The position numbers were made by a program, and so were the translations under genes. Positions 39,001-50,060 of a stretch of 54,877 bases of DNA are shown piece after piece; positions within the stretch are counted from its first letter, which is position 1; each line of letters opens with the position of its first letter. Below the pieces are notes generated by a model that saw only the letters and a list, made by a program, of their open reading frames with translations, made no database searches and was not told the DNA's origin. This DNA comes from a virus (Duplodnaviria; Caudoviricetes). Location: positions 1 through 54,877 of IMG/VR virus record IMGVR_UViG_3300028767_000027; one strand, written 5' to 3'.

Positions 39001-42000
39001 TAAACGCATTTGATATAAATGATTGTCAGGATGTTCATATCCTGTTTGCAGCATATTTCATTGATGGTTATGATGGTTCAGCATACGTCTTATATGAAAA
39101 GGACGGCAAGTTGTACGACGTTACGGGTAGTCATTGCTCATGCTATGGCTTGGAAAATCAATTTGACCCAGAAGAATGTGAACTTCGTGTTCTTAGAGAT
39201 CGCTTAAAAAGCGGATTTGGTTCTTCTGATTTTTGCAAGGAACTTAAAGAGTTCATCGGAATATATAAATGATTATGAAAACAAAAGTATACGGTTACGA
39301 TGGTTACTGTTATCTTTACAAAGGCATCCTTTACAAGGTCTGGAAAGTAGAAAAAAGTTACAATGCCACTACATTCGACTGGTACATAAAATGTAATGAT
39401 AACGATGGTACAGATGTACTTGGCGGAAAAGTGGGTTGCAATTCTTATACAAGCAGAGGCGCAGCTATTGACAATGCTAAATACTATATTGATATATATT
39501 TAGCACGTGTCATAAATTCCTGTCCAAACCCAACAGACTATGGACTACTTGATTTTAATGAAGCTGTTAAAAATATCGCTCAAATTCAAAATTTACGAAA
39601 ATTTAAACAAAGTTTAGAATTTCATAAAATATATGTTAAATGGGTAACGCAACGTATTGACAAACTTGAAAATATAAACTCATGAAAGTAATGAAGTTCA
39701 TTTCATTGTGTAAATGCAAGGGAAAGAAAGAATATATCGTTTTAGCTTTCGGAAAAGCTTGCTTAAAATGTGGACATTTTCAAACTAAAGTTAGATAATA
39801 ATGAAGCCATACGGCAGAGAAAATAAATTGCAAGGCTTCGGCAAATGGAAGACCGACGTTCATCCGCCAAAAGGACTTGTCAACTGGTGGGAGAATATAT
39901 GTGATCTGCTATCTCGTAGTAGAATGAAGCAAATATCAAAAAAAGAAATTAATCGAGAAATCTCCGAAAACTTGTAACCTTTTCGTTTACCACACGTATA
40001 AGCATATATAAACAATTAAATTATTGATCATGAAAGCATATATTACTTGCGACGGTTTGTATAAGGGAAACGAAGACGATATGAATGGCGTCTGGATGCT
40101 TAGTTGGTATAACATTGGTACTAAGATGTTTGAGTCATGTTATACGTGGTTCGAAAGATCAGCCGTAAAAAGTCTTGACGATATCAAGGAACTGAAATCA
40201 GAAAAGTGCTCAAAAATGCTTCGGACTTTGAGAAAGGATATCCAGCTTAAGCCGCCTTACGTTTACATTAGTACCATATTCAACTATTCATATGGTAAGG
40301 AAAATGACTCGCAAAATGGCGATGGTGACTATGATATAACTATCAAAGCATTGCAATTAATGTTGGAAGATCATGCCAATGAAATTTATTTGGACTTTCG
40401 TGTATATGCACGTGATGGTAATCCTCATGACTGGTCAGAATGGGAAAGAACTGGCGACGATGATTACATCAAGGTAATGGAAATTCTTCAACCAATTAAT
40501 ATTTAAGCCATGTACTATTTCTATGTATATTTGATCTTGGATGTTAATAGGCTTTTAATTACCGAATCAGCTATTAAAAGCGATAATTACTTTCAGTTAT
40601 CGAATAGCGAAGGCGGCGACAGACAATCGTTATTAAATACTTGCCAGATGTTTTGTATAGGGTATCTCTATGGTTCGCAGTGCAAAAGAAAACTTACAAA
40701 CGACCCACATGAATTTATAATTACTCGTAATTGTTAAGCCATGAGAATAGTTCTGAAAACAATGGAAGAAATTGATGCATTGATTGAGACAGTACCCGAT
40801 TCAATGCGAAAACTATTTTTAAAAATAGTTCGCACCGACTATTTTGTTTCGCGTACTCAATTAAAATATCTTCAAGATAATAAAGAGAATTATATGATGA
40901 AGCTGGAACATGCTGAATTCGTTTACAATATATACAGCCTGTTTAGTTTGTCAGACAGAGATATTGGAAGACATTGGGTTTTTAAAAGAGAACAGCAAGC
41001 TGATTTGCATTACTCGTATTCGTCTATGGCTAAGAATCCACGACAAGACAACAAGGACTACATCAATCGTGGCAGTGGCGATAGTAATGCTTATTCGCTT
41101 CGACGTCCAAAACTATGTAGGAAAACTGCATGGAAACGATTCTACAAATTATTCCCACGTTTAAAGAAATAATTATGAAACAGGGTATGAAGATAAAGAC
41201 ATTAAAACATATTGATGGCGAATGGAAAACGACATTTAATATGTATAACGGATACCCAATTATCATTAAGTCTCGTACTGGTAAGGGCATTAAGGTTCAC
41301 GTTTCAGACCCTATTGACGCCAACAAGGTTCTATTCACATTAAGATACGTCTTCATTAAACCAGATGCTTTGCTGGCAATTGTCAGGGCAAAAATCGATA
41401 AATATATTATACAAAATGAAAACAAAACTGTTTAAAATTGTTAAGAAGCGATATAAAATCGTTGAGATTAGTCATATTGAAGACCCAAATTCTGGCTTTA
41501 TACAATATAAACTACCGATATATGTTGTATACGATAAAGATTGTGTCATGTATGAGGGAATTGGCGGTTCAGCTATATACAGTACGTATGCTGAGGCTTT
41601 CATTAAATTAGTAAAAGAAATTCATAAAGAATTCTATTCTTTGATGAAACGTAAAGACGATAAAATAACCAAAGTGTGGCATAAATAATTAATTATATGA
41701 GATCAATACTTTTTATTATCTGGATGCTATTAACTATCGTACTGGTAGCTAGCGTTATTGGCATGTTATTACTTGTGCCAAACCAATATTCATACTCCGA
41801 TAACGTACCTTCAACATGGATGAAGCTTGGCAAATCATTAATGGATTCAGCTATAAAATAGTTGTAACCTTTTTAATTTTTTCTCGTATAAGTAATAAAA
41901 TATAACGCTATGAGTTGGAAAGACGTATTTAATTCGGATTTGAAGCCTACCTTGTGGGGAAACATTCAGAATGCTAATGATGTGGCTAAATATAGTGGCT

Positions 42001-42713
42001 ACAAGTACTTGGCTTGGAATGGCTGGGTATATGAGGTTGATGGTAAACGCTTGGATATCTTATCCGTAGACTTAGTATAACCATGAGCGACAGAGAAGAC
42101 AGAGTAAACGAAGAATATTTTATTGATACCTTCGGCAAAGATCATAAGTATAAAGGTACTTGCGACGAAGAACTTGAAGATATTATTTCGTTGCATTACG
42201 AGATTGCTTTAGCTATGTTCCCCGAAATGAGGAATCCTGACGACTATTTAATGAATTTAGGATGGATTCAAATCGGAAGCAACTGCTATCATAATCCAAT
42301 CGCACATCGTTATCCTACACAGGCACAAATCAATGCTTTAGATGGGATGGGCGATCTCAATAGATTAGAAATATTGCGAGATGGATATTTCATCAAATAT
42401 AAATTATTCGATGATATGTAACCTTTTAGGGTTTTACACGTATAAGCAAATACATTAATACTATAAAGTTATGACAGTAACAGAACTATTATCAATTGGA
42501 CTGAGAATCAATATATCAATTTTCATTGTATTCTTAGTGATTTTTATTATATCAACGTGGAAAGATTTAATTTACTACCTCAAATATGGCGGTAATTTTT
42601 ATGAAGATGTAATCGATGAAACATTTACCAGCTATCTTTCCTTCGCCGTATTATTCATATATGGCTTAATCGCCTTTATTTATGGCGTATATTTACTACT
42701 AGGCTTATTTTAA
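36045..42713 (+). other. array of more than 20 small hypothetical ORFs in ECF-promoted blocks
   Basis: ORFs at 36045, 36241, 36479, 36982, 37388, 37602, 37847, 38196, 38744, 38928, 39269, ~40030, 40510, 40741, ~41175, ~41416, 42083, 42471 and several under 60 aa. Confidence 0.7.
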
Positions 42714-42763
42714 TTGTAACCTTTTTAATTTTTTCTCGTATAACTATAAAACACATATTCAAA

Positions 42764-43036
42764 ATGAAAAAAACATTATTAGTTCTCTTAGCTTTTGCAG
42801 CATTATTTGTATCATGCGCAAAGGAAAAGGTGATCGACGGCGTCACGTATCAGCCTTATGGCTTTCTAAACGAAGACACAATGAAAAGTGATAGCATCAC
42901 TTACAAGACCAGTAAAGACGATATTATTCTTGCTGTTATCTTTTCGGAGACAATCATTGTTCCAGTCATAGTTCTCGGAAACTACATGTATGAGCCTGTT
43001 GAGAAGAAACAATATCCTGCAAAAATACAAAAGTAA
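42764..43036 (+). CDS. putative lipoprotein
   Basis: MKK + hydrophobic + FVSC lipobox. Confidence 0.65.
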   Translation: MKKTLLVLLAFAALFVSCAKEKVIDGVTYQPYGFLNEDTMKSDSITYKTSKDDIILAVIFSETIIVPVIVLGNYMYEPVEKKQYPAKIQK

Positions 43037-43038
43037 TT

Positions 43039-43227
43039 ATGAAATACGATCTGATTATTTTGGCAATATGCGCAGTGTATTCAATCATTGCCCTTTTCGA
43101 TATCTTTGTTTACACCGTAAGGTCGTCACCAAAGAGAAGTATTTTTTCAAGATTTACTTGGACTCTTGGGCTAATCGCCACAGCTGTTTTAATTTATTGG
43201 TATATTAACGGAATGAAATTTTTGTAG
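43039..43227 (+). CDS. small two-TM membrane protein
   Basis: two hydrophobic helices. Confidence 0.65.
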   Translation: MKYDLIILAICAVYSIIALFDIFVYTVRSSPKRSIFSRFTWTLGLIATAVLIYWYINGMKFL

Positions 43228-43229
43228 TC

Positions 43230-44147
43230 ATGGAAAATACTTACAAAGGAAATAAGAATAACTCTTGCATGGGTGCTTACAAAGATACCCTTGATATCAA
43301 ACTGACTGACGCCTGTAATGGCGATTGCGCATTCTGTATCGAAAAGGGCGGAAAGCTTAGCGATGCTTCTGACGTACAGTCATTTATCGATAAGGTTAAG
43401 GGAATTAACCCTAGATCAGTATTGGTCTTAGGCGGTGAGCCTTTCGTTTATCCAAAGCTTGTTGAGTTCATTCAGGGTATCAGCAACAGGGAAATCTTCA
43501 TCACTACCAATGGCAGTGGCTTGAAAAACAAACGCATCGTCGAACAGCTTGCGCCTTGTCTCACAGCATTAAACATTTCGCTGATGCATTATGATATGGT
43601 TAAGCATACCGAAGTGACCAAAGTAGTCTTAAAACCGTACCATATCGGAGAAGCTATTGAAATCTTGCACAAGTATCATGTGTCAGTAAGAATAAACGTT
43701 TTATTGTTAAAAGGCTACATGGATAATATTGAAGACTGTAAGAAAATGATTGACTTTGCCGAATTTCTTGGCGCAGACGATATCAGGTTCTCAGAGGTTC
43801 AAAATCAGCCAGACATGTATGTTGATGCCAAATTGATTTTCAAAGGCTTAAACGCTAATCCATATGTTGATGGATGCGAACAGGTGCTTTCCAATAACAA
43901 AATCAAAGTTATCGTTAAACAGACATGTGGTCTTGTGAACTGTAACAAAAAGGATGGTATCACCGTCAGTAATACAACTCGTGCCAATTTTGTCAATGCT
44001 GGTGTTCTTTATCCAGACTTACTTCATTCACCTGATGGATGGGTAGTTAAAAATAGCGACCCTGACTGTCACAGTACTGGTTGTCATAAAACAACTTCAT
44101 CTGGTGGTTGTAGCTATGTTCCTTCACGAAGCAGCGGCGGCTGTTAA
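43230..44147 (+). CDS. radical SAM enzyme with Cys/Ser/Gly-rich C-terminal tail
   Basis: CNGDCAFC, LGGEP, ITTNG, LNISL motifs. Confidence 0.9.
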   Translation: MENTYKGNKNNSCMGAYKDTLDIKLTDACNGDCAFCIEKGGKLSDASDVQSFIDKVKGINPRSVLVLGGEPFVYPKLVEFIQGISNREIFITTNGSGLKNKRIVEQLAPCLTALNISLMHYDMVKHTEVTKVVLKPYHIGEAIEILHKYHVSVRINVLLLKGYMDNIEDCKKMIDFAEFLGADDIRFSEVQNQPDMYVDAKLIFKGLNANPYVDGCEQVLSNNKIKVIVKQTCGLVNCNKKDGITVSNTTRANFVNAGVLYPDLLHSPDGWVVKNSDPDCHSTGCHKTTSSGGCSYVPSRSSGGC

Positions 44148-44157
44148 AATAATTATT

Positions 44158-45327
44158 ATGAATATCCCAACAAAATCAGAGATTAAAAAATACTTAGAAG
44201 ACAATCTAACCTCAGCCGAATGTAATATATTGGATTCATCTGATCGTTATGTATTAATGTCGGAAGTGGCTAATGTGACTATTAATTTAATTGAAAGGAT
44301 TAATTCTCGTGAAGGCTTCATGTCTTTAAAAAATATGGGACTTGGGAATTTATCATTAGAAATAATGAATCACATTAAGGCAGAAGGCTTTACAGAGCAT
44401 AAGAACAATAGCTATTGCTATAAAGAAACTGATCTGGAATGGACTGAAAGGTGTTACTATCTTTACTTTGATAAATGTTCATCCTTTAGTGTTGGCATCT
44501 ATATCTTTCACAATGGAATCGGCGTTGACGTTGATTATAATTGCGGCGGTAACTATAGCACAGCCTTTTGGAAGTTTTCTAATTTGTCATTTGAAGAGGC
44601 TTATGAGTCTATGTGTAAAATGATTGAAAGATACATTGATTAAGTGTAACCTTTTTCAGTCTTACTCGTATAATATAGAAAATAAATAAAATGGGAAAAG
44701 TAATTTTTACGTTCAAAGATCATACGGAAAGCTTTCGATGCAAGAATCAGGATAAAGCTGATGCGATTGCATCTAAGCGACCACATGTGCTAAGTCACAA
44801 GTTTTATGCCGAAAATGAAAGCATTCCAAGACCGACGAAGAAAAGAGTAGTTGAGCATAAAATGTCGATAGAAGAAATGGAATACAGAATCTCACGAATG
44901 TAAATAAAGCTATGATAAGATTAAATTTAGTTATAGGAATATTGACTGATGTCATTTTTAGTTGTATTGCATTCGCATTTTTAGTCGTATTATGGCTACT
45001 TGGTGCGCCACAACCATTTAAAAAATGGAATGATTTCATGGATAGTCTCATATTTTTTGATAAAAAGAAATAGTCATGTCACATTGGAATTATAGAGTGC
45101 TTGCCGTAAGCAATAAAACTTATCCAGATGAAATATCTTTAGAGTTTTATGAAGTCTATTATAATGACGAAGGCGTCCCTGATGGTTATACGGCTAATCC
45201 TGTTGGCGTTGGTAGCGACACCATGAAAGGTCTTGGCTGGGTGCTAAACCGAATGAAAGAAGCATTAAAAAAGCCTGTACTATGGGAAGGAAAAAGATTT
45301 CCAGAAGAATATATACCAAAAGTGTAG
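44158..45327 (+). other. hypothetical ORFs 44158-44643, 44691-44903, 45076-45327 and a small TM ORF
   Basis: ORF track, promoter at 44645. Confidence 0.65.
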
Positions 45328-45369
45328 CCTTTTTTTATTTTAAACGTATAATTATAAAAATCTTGTATT

Positions 45370-45681
45370 ATGAACTACAGAAACATTCAATCAGGTCATG
45401 TGATCAACGAAAGTTATTATCGCAAGTTGCCTTTCAGTAAACAGCGTTTATTTACGTCAACCTTTGACGAGCCAACACACTCAATTTCGGAGAGTGACGA
45501 AGATGGTAACTCAGACGGTATGGGCTTATTCACAACATTACTTATTGCCGATGCTTTAAGCGATTCAGGCAGTATGTTTAGTGACGATTCGGACATGGGT
45601 TCAAGTTCATCTGCCACAGATTCATCTTTAGATTTCGGCGGTGGCGCATTCGGCGGCGGCGGTGCTGGTGACAGCTGGTAA
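45370..45681 (+). CDS. protein with acidic Ser-rich region and DFGGGAFGGGGAGDSW tail
   Basis: Gly-rich Trp-terminated tail like those of TPM-domain proteins. Confidence 0.7.
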   Translation: MNYRNIQSGHVINESYYRKLPFSKQRLFTSTFDEPTHSISESDEDGNSDGMGLFTTLLIADALSDSGSMFSDDSDMGSSSSATDSSLDFGGGAFGGGGAGDSW

Positions 45682-45693
45682 TATAAAATAATT

Positions 45694-45930
45694 ATGAAAG
45701 AATATAGAATAGAAGAACGATATTTTATTGGTGGCACAAGTGAATTCTTGCCACAATTTAAAGACGACGTATGGAAATATTTTGTAAAGTCTATAAATGG
45801 CGTCCTTGTGGCAATAAAATTTGACGAATACAAAGATGCCTTGGCTTATATCAATTTAGATCAACAAGGACTGTCGGCTGACCCTTTAGTTATTACATAT
45901 CATTACATAAAATCGGTGAAAAATGTTTAA
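45694..45930 (+). CDS. hypothetical protein
   Basis: 78-aa ORF. Confidence 0.65.
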   Translation: MKEYRIEERYFIGGTSEFLPQFKDDVWKYFVKSINGVLVAIKFDEYKDALAYINLDQQGLSADPLVITYHYIKSVKNV

Positions 45931-46444
45931 AAATCTACCAAATAAGTGTTATAATACCCAAGATGGCGAATTATGGCTATCACGAAGCGTTGCTGTTGTG
46001 GGCATTATCTTAGCTATTACCGATAATTTCACAATGCGTGTTCTCACTGTGAAGAGATCGGATAAGATGCCCGATAAACCAAATAGATGGTGCTTGCCAT
46101 GCGGATATCTCGATTATAATGAAACACTTGAAGAAGCTGTTGAGCGTGAAGTGTATGAAGAAACTGGTTTTCTAATGAGAGATCATGAAAAGGAATTAAT
46201 GCGGAATATGCCGTATTTTCATATCGACTCAAATCATGAAACGTCTAATAGACAGAATGTATCAATATCGTTTGCAAAGGTTTACATGTTTAAAACACTT
46301 CCAGAACTTGTATTAAATGAGGAAGCATCTGATTTGGCATGGACGCCAATCAATGAAAAGAGTTTGAAAGCACTTGATTTAACATTCGGTCATTATGACT
46401 TAGTGACAGCTGTTCAAAAAGAAATCAATCGTACAAATTTTTAA
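45923..46444 (+). CDS. NUDIX hydrolase
   Basis: GYLDYNETLEEAVEREVYEETG Nudix box. Confidence 0.92.
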   Translation: MFKNLPNKCYNTQDGELWLSRSVAVVGIILAITDNFTMRVLTVKRSDKMPDKPNRWCLPCGYLDYNETLEEAVEREVYEETGFLMRDHEKELMRNMPYFHIDSNHETSNRQNVSISFAKVYMFKTLPELVLNEEASDLAWTPINEKSLKALDLTFGHYDLVTAVQKEINRTNF

Positions 46445-46448
46445 TATC

Positions 46449-46700
46449 ATGTTTGATACAAAAGAATCATTACTACTGGCAATACTAAACTGTATGCCAA
46501 ATCCCGAACTGATAAACAATTTGGACTTTACGTCAGAGCCACAATCAATTATTTTCAAATGGCGTGGTAATATATTCAGGATTTATCTAAGCGGTGAAGT
46601 AGAGGAAATTATCAGCGAAGGTGTATCGTCTTTTTCAAATTGCTCTATTTTATTGCAAACGCTATTGAAAAATTATTGGGCTTCGAAATTATTTGTGTAA
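46449..46700 (+). CDS. hypothetical protein
   Basis: 83-aa ORF. Confidence 0.65.
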   Translation: MFDTKESLLLAILNCMPNPELINNLDFTSEPQSIIFKWRGNIFRIYLSGEVEEIISEGVSSFSNCSILLQTLLKNYWASKLFV

Positions 46701-46748
46701 CCTTTTCTTATTTCTAACGTATAAGTATTTATAAAAATATACGTCACA

Positions 46749-47759
46749 ATGAATAAATTATCAAGGATTATCAATGAGGAAGTTAATAGGTTCGAAGGAT
46801 GGTTCGGCGGACATGATGAACAACTAACTCCACGTGAGGAAAAGTTCGTAGACGAATTTTCAAAGCTTAGTAATGATCAACTTAGAGATATACTTGCCAA
46901 AATTGATAAACAAGGCAATGATAATTATGCGGCTGCAAGTCGTGACTTCAACTACTATCAATCAGAAGAAGCTCAGGATTTATACGCTAAGGAAAACCTA
47001 ATCAAAAAACTCATTGAACGTAGATATTGGGAAACCAAGAAGAAACTATTCTTCGGTCAACCATTCCTAGGAAGTAAAATCATTTTCATATCAACTCCCG
47101 ACTATAACGAAGATGAAAGACAAAGAAAAATATTAACTATTTACATGGCTAATGACACCGTATTCGAATACAACTTTGGATATAATGACTTTAGCTGGGA
47201 ATCTGATATCGAATCCGACACTTCTGGCGATTATAAAAGTTATGGCAGTCAAACACTTAGTCACAAAGTTGACCCTAGTAAAGCGATCCTAACTACGAAA
47301 GAAGTTGGTCTTTTGAACAAAATCGTAAGATATAATAATCTTAAATTCAATAAGATACCTCTAGTAAGTGCCAATGTAACTACTAAAGATGCTGCTGCAC
47401 CTGTTATGCCTGAAATGAGTGATGCTGATTTTCAATGGCTGATTGGTCTAGGTAGTGATAAAAATAAAATCACAAAGATTTCAGCAGATTCAAATATTAA
47501 CGAGTACGGCGGTTTTGCCACTTTGTATATGTATGTTGGAGAGTCATGGGACAGTGAGACATATAGTTACACTGTTTGGTACAACGAGCATTATAAGATT
47601 ACTAAAGAAGAATTTAAAACCAACTACGTAATGAGTAGAAGTGAGGCTAAGGAAGTTCAAATTCTTGAAGCTGGCTTATATGAACCAATGATTAAAGCAA
47701 TTGCACAAATCAATCCAAAGAGTAAATATTTAACAAAAATTCGTAGATATACAAGATGA
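46749..47759 (+). CDS. hypothetical protein with N-terminal IINEEV tag
   Basis: 336-aa ORF; GTATTTAT at 46725. Confidence 0.8.
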   Translation: MNKLSRIINEEVNRFEGWFGGHDEQLTPREEKFVDEFSKLSNDQLRDILAKIDKQGNDNYAAASRDFNYYQSEEAQDLYAKENLIKKLIERRYWETKKKLFFGQPFLGSKIIFISTPDYNEDERQRKILTIYMANDTVFEYNFGYNDFSWESDIESDTSGDYKSYGSQTLSHKVDPSKAILTTKEVGLLNKIVRYNNLKFNKIPLVSANVTTKDAAAPVMPEMSDADFQWLIGLGSDKNKITKISADSNINEYGGFATLYMYVGESWDSETYSYTVWYNEHYKITKEEFKTNYVMSRSEAKEVQILEAGLYEPMIKAIAQINPKSKYLTKIRRYTR

Positions 47760-47787
47760 TAAGTATTTATATTTATATCAAATAATT

Positions 47788-48384
47788 ATGAATTTATTAA
47801 AGATCATCAAAGAGGCTATCAATGAATTAGAGGACGACTATCGTGGTGTGCATACAGCACCTACTAAGGAAGATGCTCCTATGAATGATCTTACTGGCAC
47901 TTATCCCGAAGATATTTATACAGCTAAAGGAACATTATATTATGGCGACGGTTTCCCTTTCGATAACATTGCCCATAGCATAATTGTGTCTGCAAGAAAC
48001 AAGCCAAATAAGCAAATTATTATCTACAGAGCAGTGCCAAAGGTATTAAGCAATGAAGAAAAAATTTGGGACTATAAGAAGCAACAAGCATATATTCAAA
48101 AGTATGGCAAAATGCCACCAAATATTGATAACTGGAAGAATCGAAGCGAGTACTACGGGTATTTATCTGATGAAATTGACAAGTTGTCTAAAATGCCAGA
48201 GGAAGATTTCGACAAAATAAAAATTAGTGATGGCGATTGGGTGACAATTGATTTGCCTTATGCTAAAGTACATGGCGACAGTAATTTAGGCAAGGGTAAA
48301 TATAGAATATTGAGAAAGACGGTGTCAGCACATAACTTGTATACCGATGGAAACAGTATGCATGAATGGGGTTATAACATATAA
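47788..48384 (+). CDS. ART-fold-like protein with N-terminal IIKEAI tag
   Basis: IIIYRAVP...GDWVT...YA..H...EWGY pattern; GTATTTAT at 47763. Confidence 0.5.
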   Translation: MNLLKIIKEAINELEDDYRGVHTAPTKEDAPMNDLTGTYPEDIYTAKGTLYYGDGFPFDNIAHSIIVSARNKPNKQIIIYRAVPKVLSNEEKIWDYKKQQAYIQKYGKMPPNIDNWKNRSEYYGYLSDEIDKLSKMPEEDFDKIKISDGDWVTIDLPYAKVHGDSNLGKGKYRILRKTVSAHNLYTDGNSMHEWGYNI

Positions 48385-48386
48385 TT

Positions 48387-49046
48387 ATGAAATTATCAGA
48401 AATAATCAACGAAGAAATTAACGAAATGGCTTATCCAGCCTCTTTCAGCATGGAAGCATTTAAGAATGCCAGATCATTCGCTGCAAAGGCTAAGTATTGC
48501 GCAGAGAGGCTACAGAGGATATCATCAGGTTCAGGTAGGATTGTTTATAAGATCGACGAAGAAAAGGTCTTAAAACTGGCTAAGAATCAAAAAGGAATAG
48601 CTCAGAACGAAATGGAATCAGATCAGTACGTTCAGCAACAATATGGCGATATCGTCACAAAATGTTTTGAGTGGGATGATACTGATAATTATTGGGTGGA
48701 AATGGAATTAGCTCAAAAAATGTCTGCTGGCGAGTTTAAAAGAATAGTCGGCGTACCTTTGAATGGCGAAAATTCTTTAGAAATGTGGCTTACTCAAACA
48801 TTTAAGAATACAAGGGAAAAAGTTTCACCAGAGGTTAATGAATTCTTAGGCGAATCCGAATTTGGTTATAGCCTACAAGACTTTATAGGAAGCTACGGAA
48901 TGCAGATGTATGACCTTTTTAGACTAAGTTCTTGGGGCAAAGTAAAAAGAGACGGCAAGGATGCTGCTGTTATTGTGGACTTTGGACTAAGCGAAGGCGT
49001 ATGGAAAGACCATTATGCTCCAAAAAAACAACAAAATAGGTGGTAA
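48387..49046 (+). CDS. protein-kinase-like enzyme with N-terminal IINEEI tag
   Basis: SSGSGRIVY loop, VLKLA, NEME helix, DLFRLSSWG catalytic loop, IVDFGL. Confidence 0.7.
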   Translation: MKLSEIINEEINEMAYPASFSMEAFKNARSFAAKAKYCAERLQRISSGSGRIVYKIDEEKVLKLAKNQKGIAQNEMESDQYVQQQYGDIVTKCFEWDDTDNYWVEMELAQKMSAGEFKRIVGVPLNGENSLEMWLTQTFKNTREKVSPEVNEFLGESEFGYSLQDFIGSYGMQMYDLFRLSSWGKVKRDGKDAAVIVDFGLSEGVWKDHYAPKKQQNRW

Positions 49047-49093
49047 GTTGTAACCTTTATTTATGAATTACGTATTTATATAAAAATATTGAC

Positions 49094-49558
49094 ATGAGAA
49101 CTGATAAAATACTTATTAAAGAGGATTACGTTTCAAGATTACGTGACCTTGCTGGCATATCAACAGTTATCAATGAGGACGTTGACAAAATCTTAATCAA
49201 AGAAGATATGGATGCACCTGTTGAAACAGTGCTTAACGGCATGAGCAATCAGAAAGCAAGAACATATGTTGGAAACGTTGCAAGAAAAGCCTTTCACACA
49301 GGTATTTATAGAGACGATTCATGGCAACCAGTAGCCGCAATCTACAAAGCATTAGATAATGCTGGCATTGACTACGATATGACAGGTTCACAGTATTCGC
49401 CTGAATTTCCAAATACATATAAGAAATGGGAACTCACTTTCAAGTTTACAAACGACAAAGGTAGACCCAGCGAGTTGCATGGACAAATAATGGCGGCTGG
49501 TGCAGGTTCAGTTGAACAGCCATTAGACAGATATGATATGAACTTCACGATATATTAA
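49094..49558 (+). CDS. hypothetical protein with duplicated DKILIKED and RLRDLAGI motif
   Basis: 154-aa ORF; hybrid CGTATTTATA upstream. Confidence 0.75.
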   Translation: MRTDKILIKEDYVSRLRDLAGISTVINEDVDKILIKEDMDAPVETVLNGMSNQKARTYVGNVARKAFHTGIYRDDSWQPVAAIYKALDNAGIDYDMTGSQYSPEFPNTYKKWELTFKFTNDKGRPSELHGQIMAAGAGSVEQPLDRYDMNFTIY

Positions 49559-49653
49559 ATTCCGTTTTTAAGCTCACCTCGAAAAGGTTATGAAATATTC
49601 ATTTATTTTGTAACCTTTTTTTGTTTTCATCGTATAAGCTATAAACAATTACA

Positions 49654-50001
49654 ATGAAAGTAATAATTGCTGGCGGCAGAGACTTTTACGACTATAAGAA
49701 ATTAAAGTCAGCTTGCTCGTATTTCTTGAAAAATGAGCCAAATGCAGAGATTGTAAGCGGTGCTGCTAATGGGGCAGACAAGCTTGGCGAACGATATGCC
49801 AGAGAACATGGACTAAGAATATCAAGTCACCCTGCTGATTGGGATAGGTATAAAAAGAGTGCTGGCTACATTCGAAATAAAGAAATGGCAGAATATGCTG
49901 ATGCTTTAATCGCTTTCTGGGATGGTAAAAGCAAAGGTACTAAGCACATGATTGACCTTGCCAGAGAGCATGGATTAAAAGTTCGAGTAATTTCTTATTA
50001 A
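49654..50001 (+). CDS. SLOG-superfamily protein (DUF2493/YspA-like)
   Basis: IIAGGRDF, VSGAANGAD, PADW, AGYIRNKEM, AFWDGKSKGT. Confidence 0.88.
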   Translation: MKVIIAGGRDFYDYKKLKSACSYFLKNEPNAEIVSGAANGADKLGERYAREHGLRISSHPADWDRYKKSAGYIRNKEMAEYADALIAFWDGKSKGTKHMIDLAREHGLKVRVISY

Positions 50002-50060
50002 TTTTGTAACCTTTTTGAAAACACAACGTATAAGCACATATAACAATTAAAAATAAAGCA

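Noticed and set aside
43230-44147. Viperin-like or anaerobic RNR activase assignment
   Set aside because: Lacks viperin-type residues around the CxxxCxxC motif as I recall them, and no NrdD partner is adjacent; left as unassigned radical SAM.
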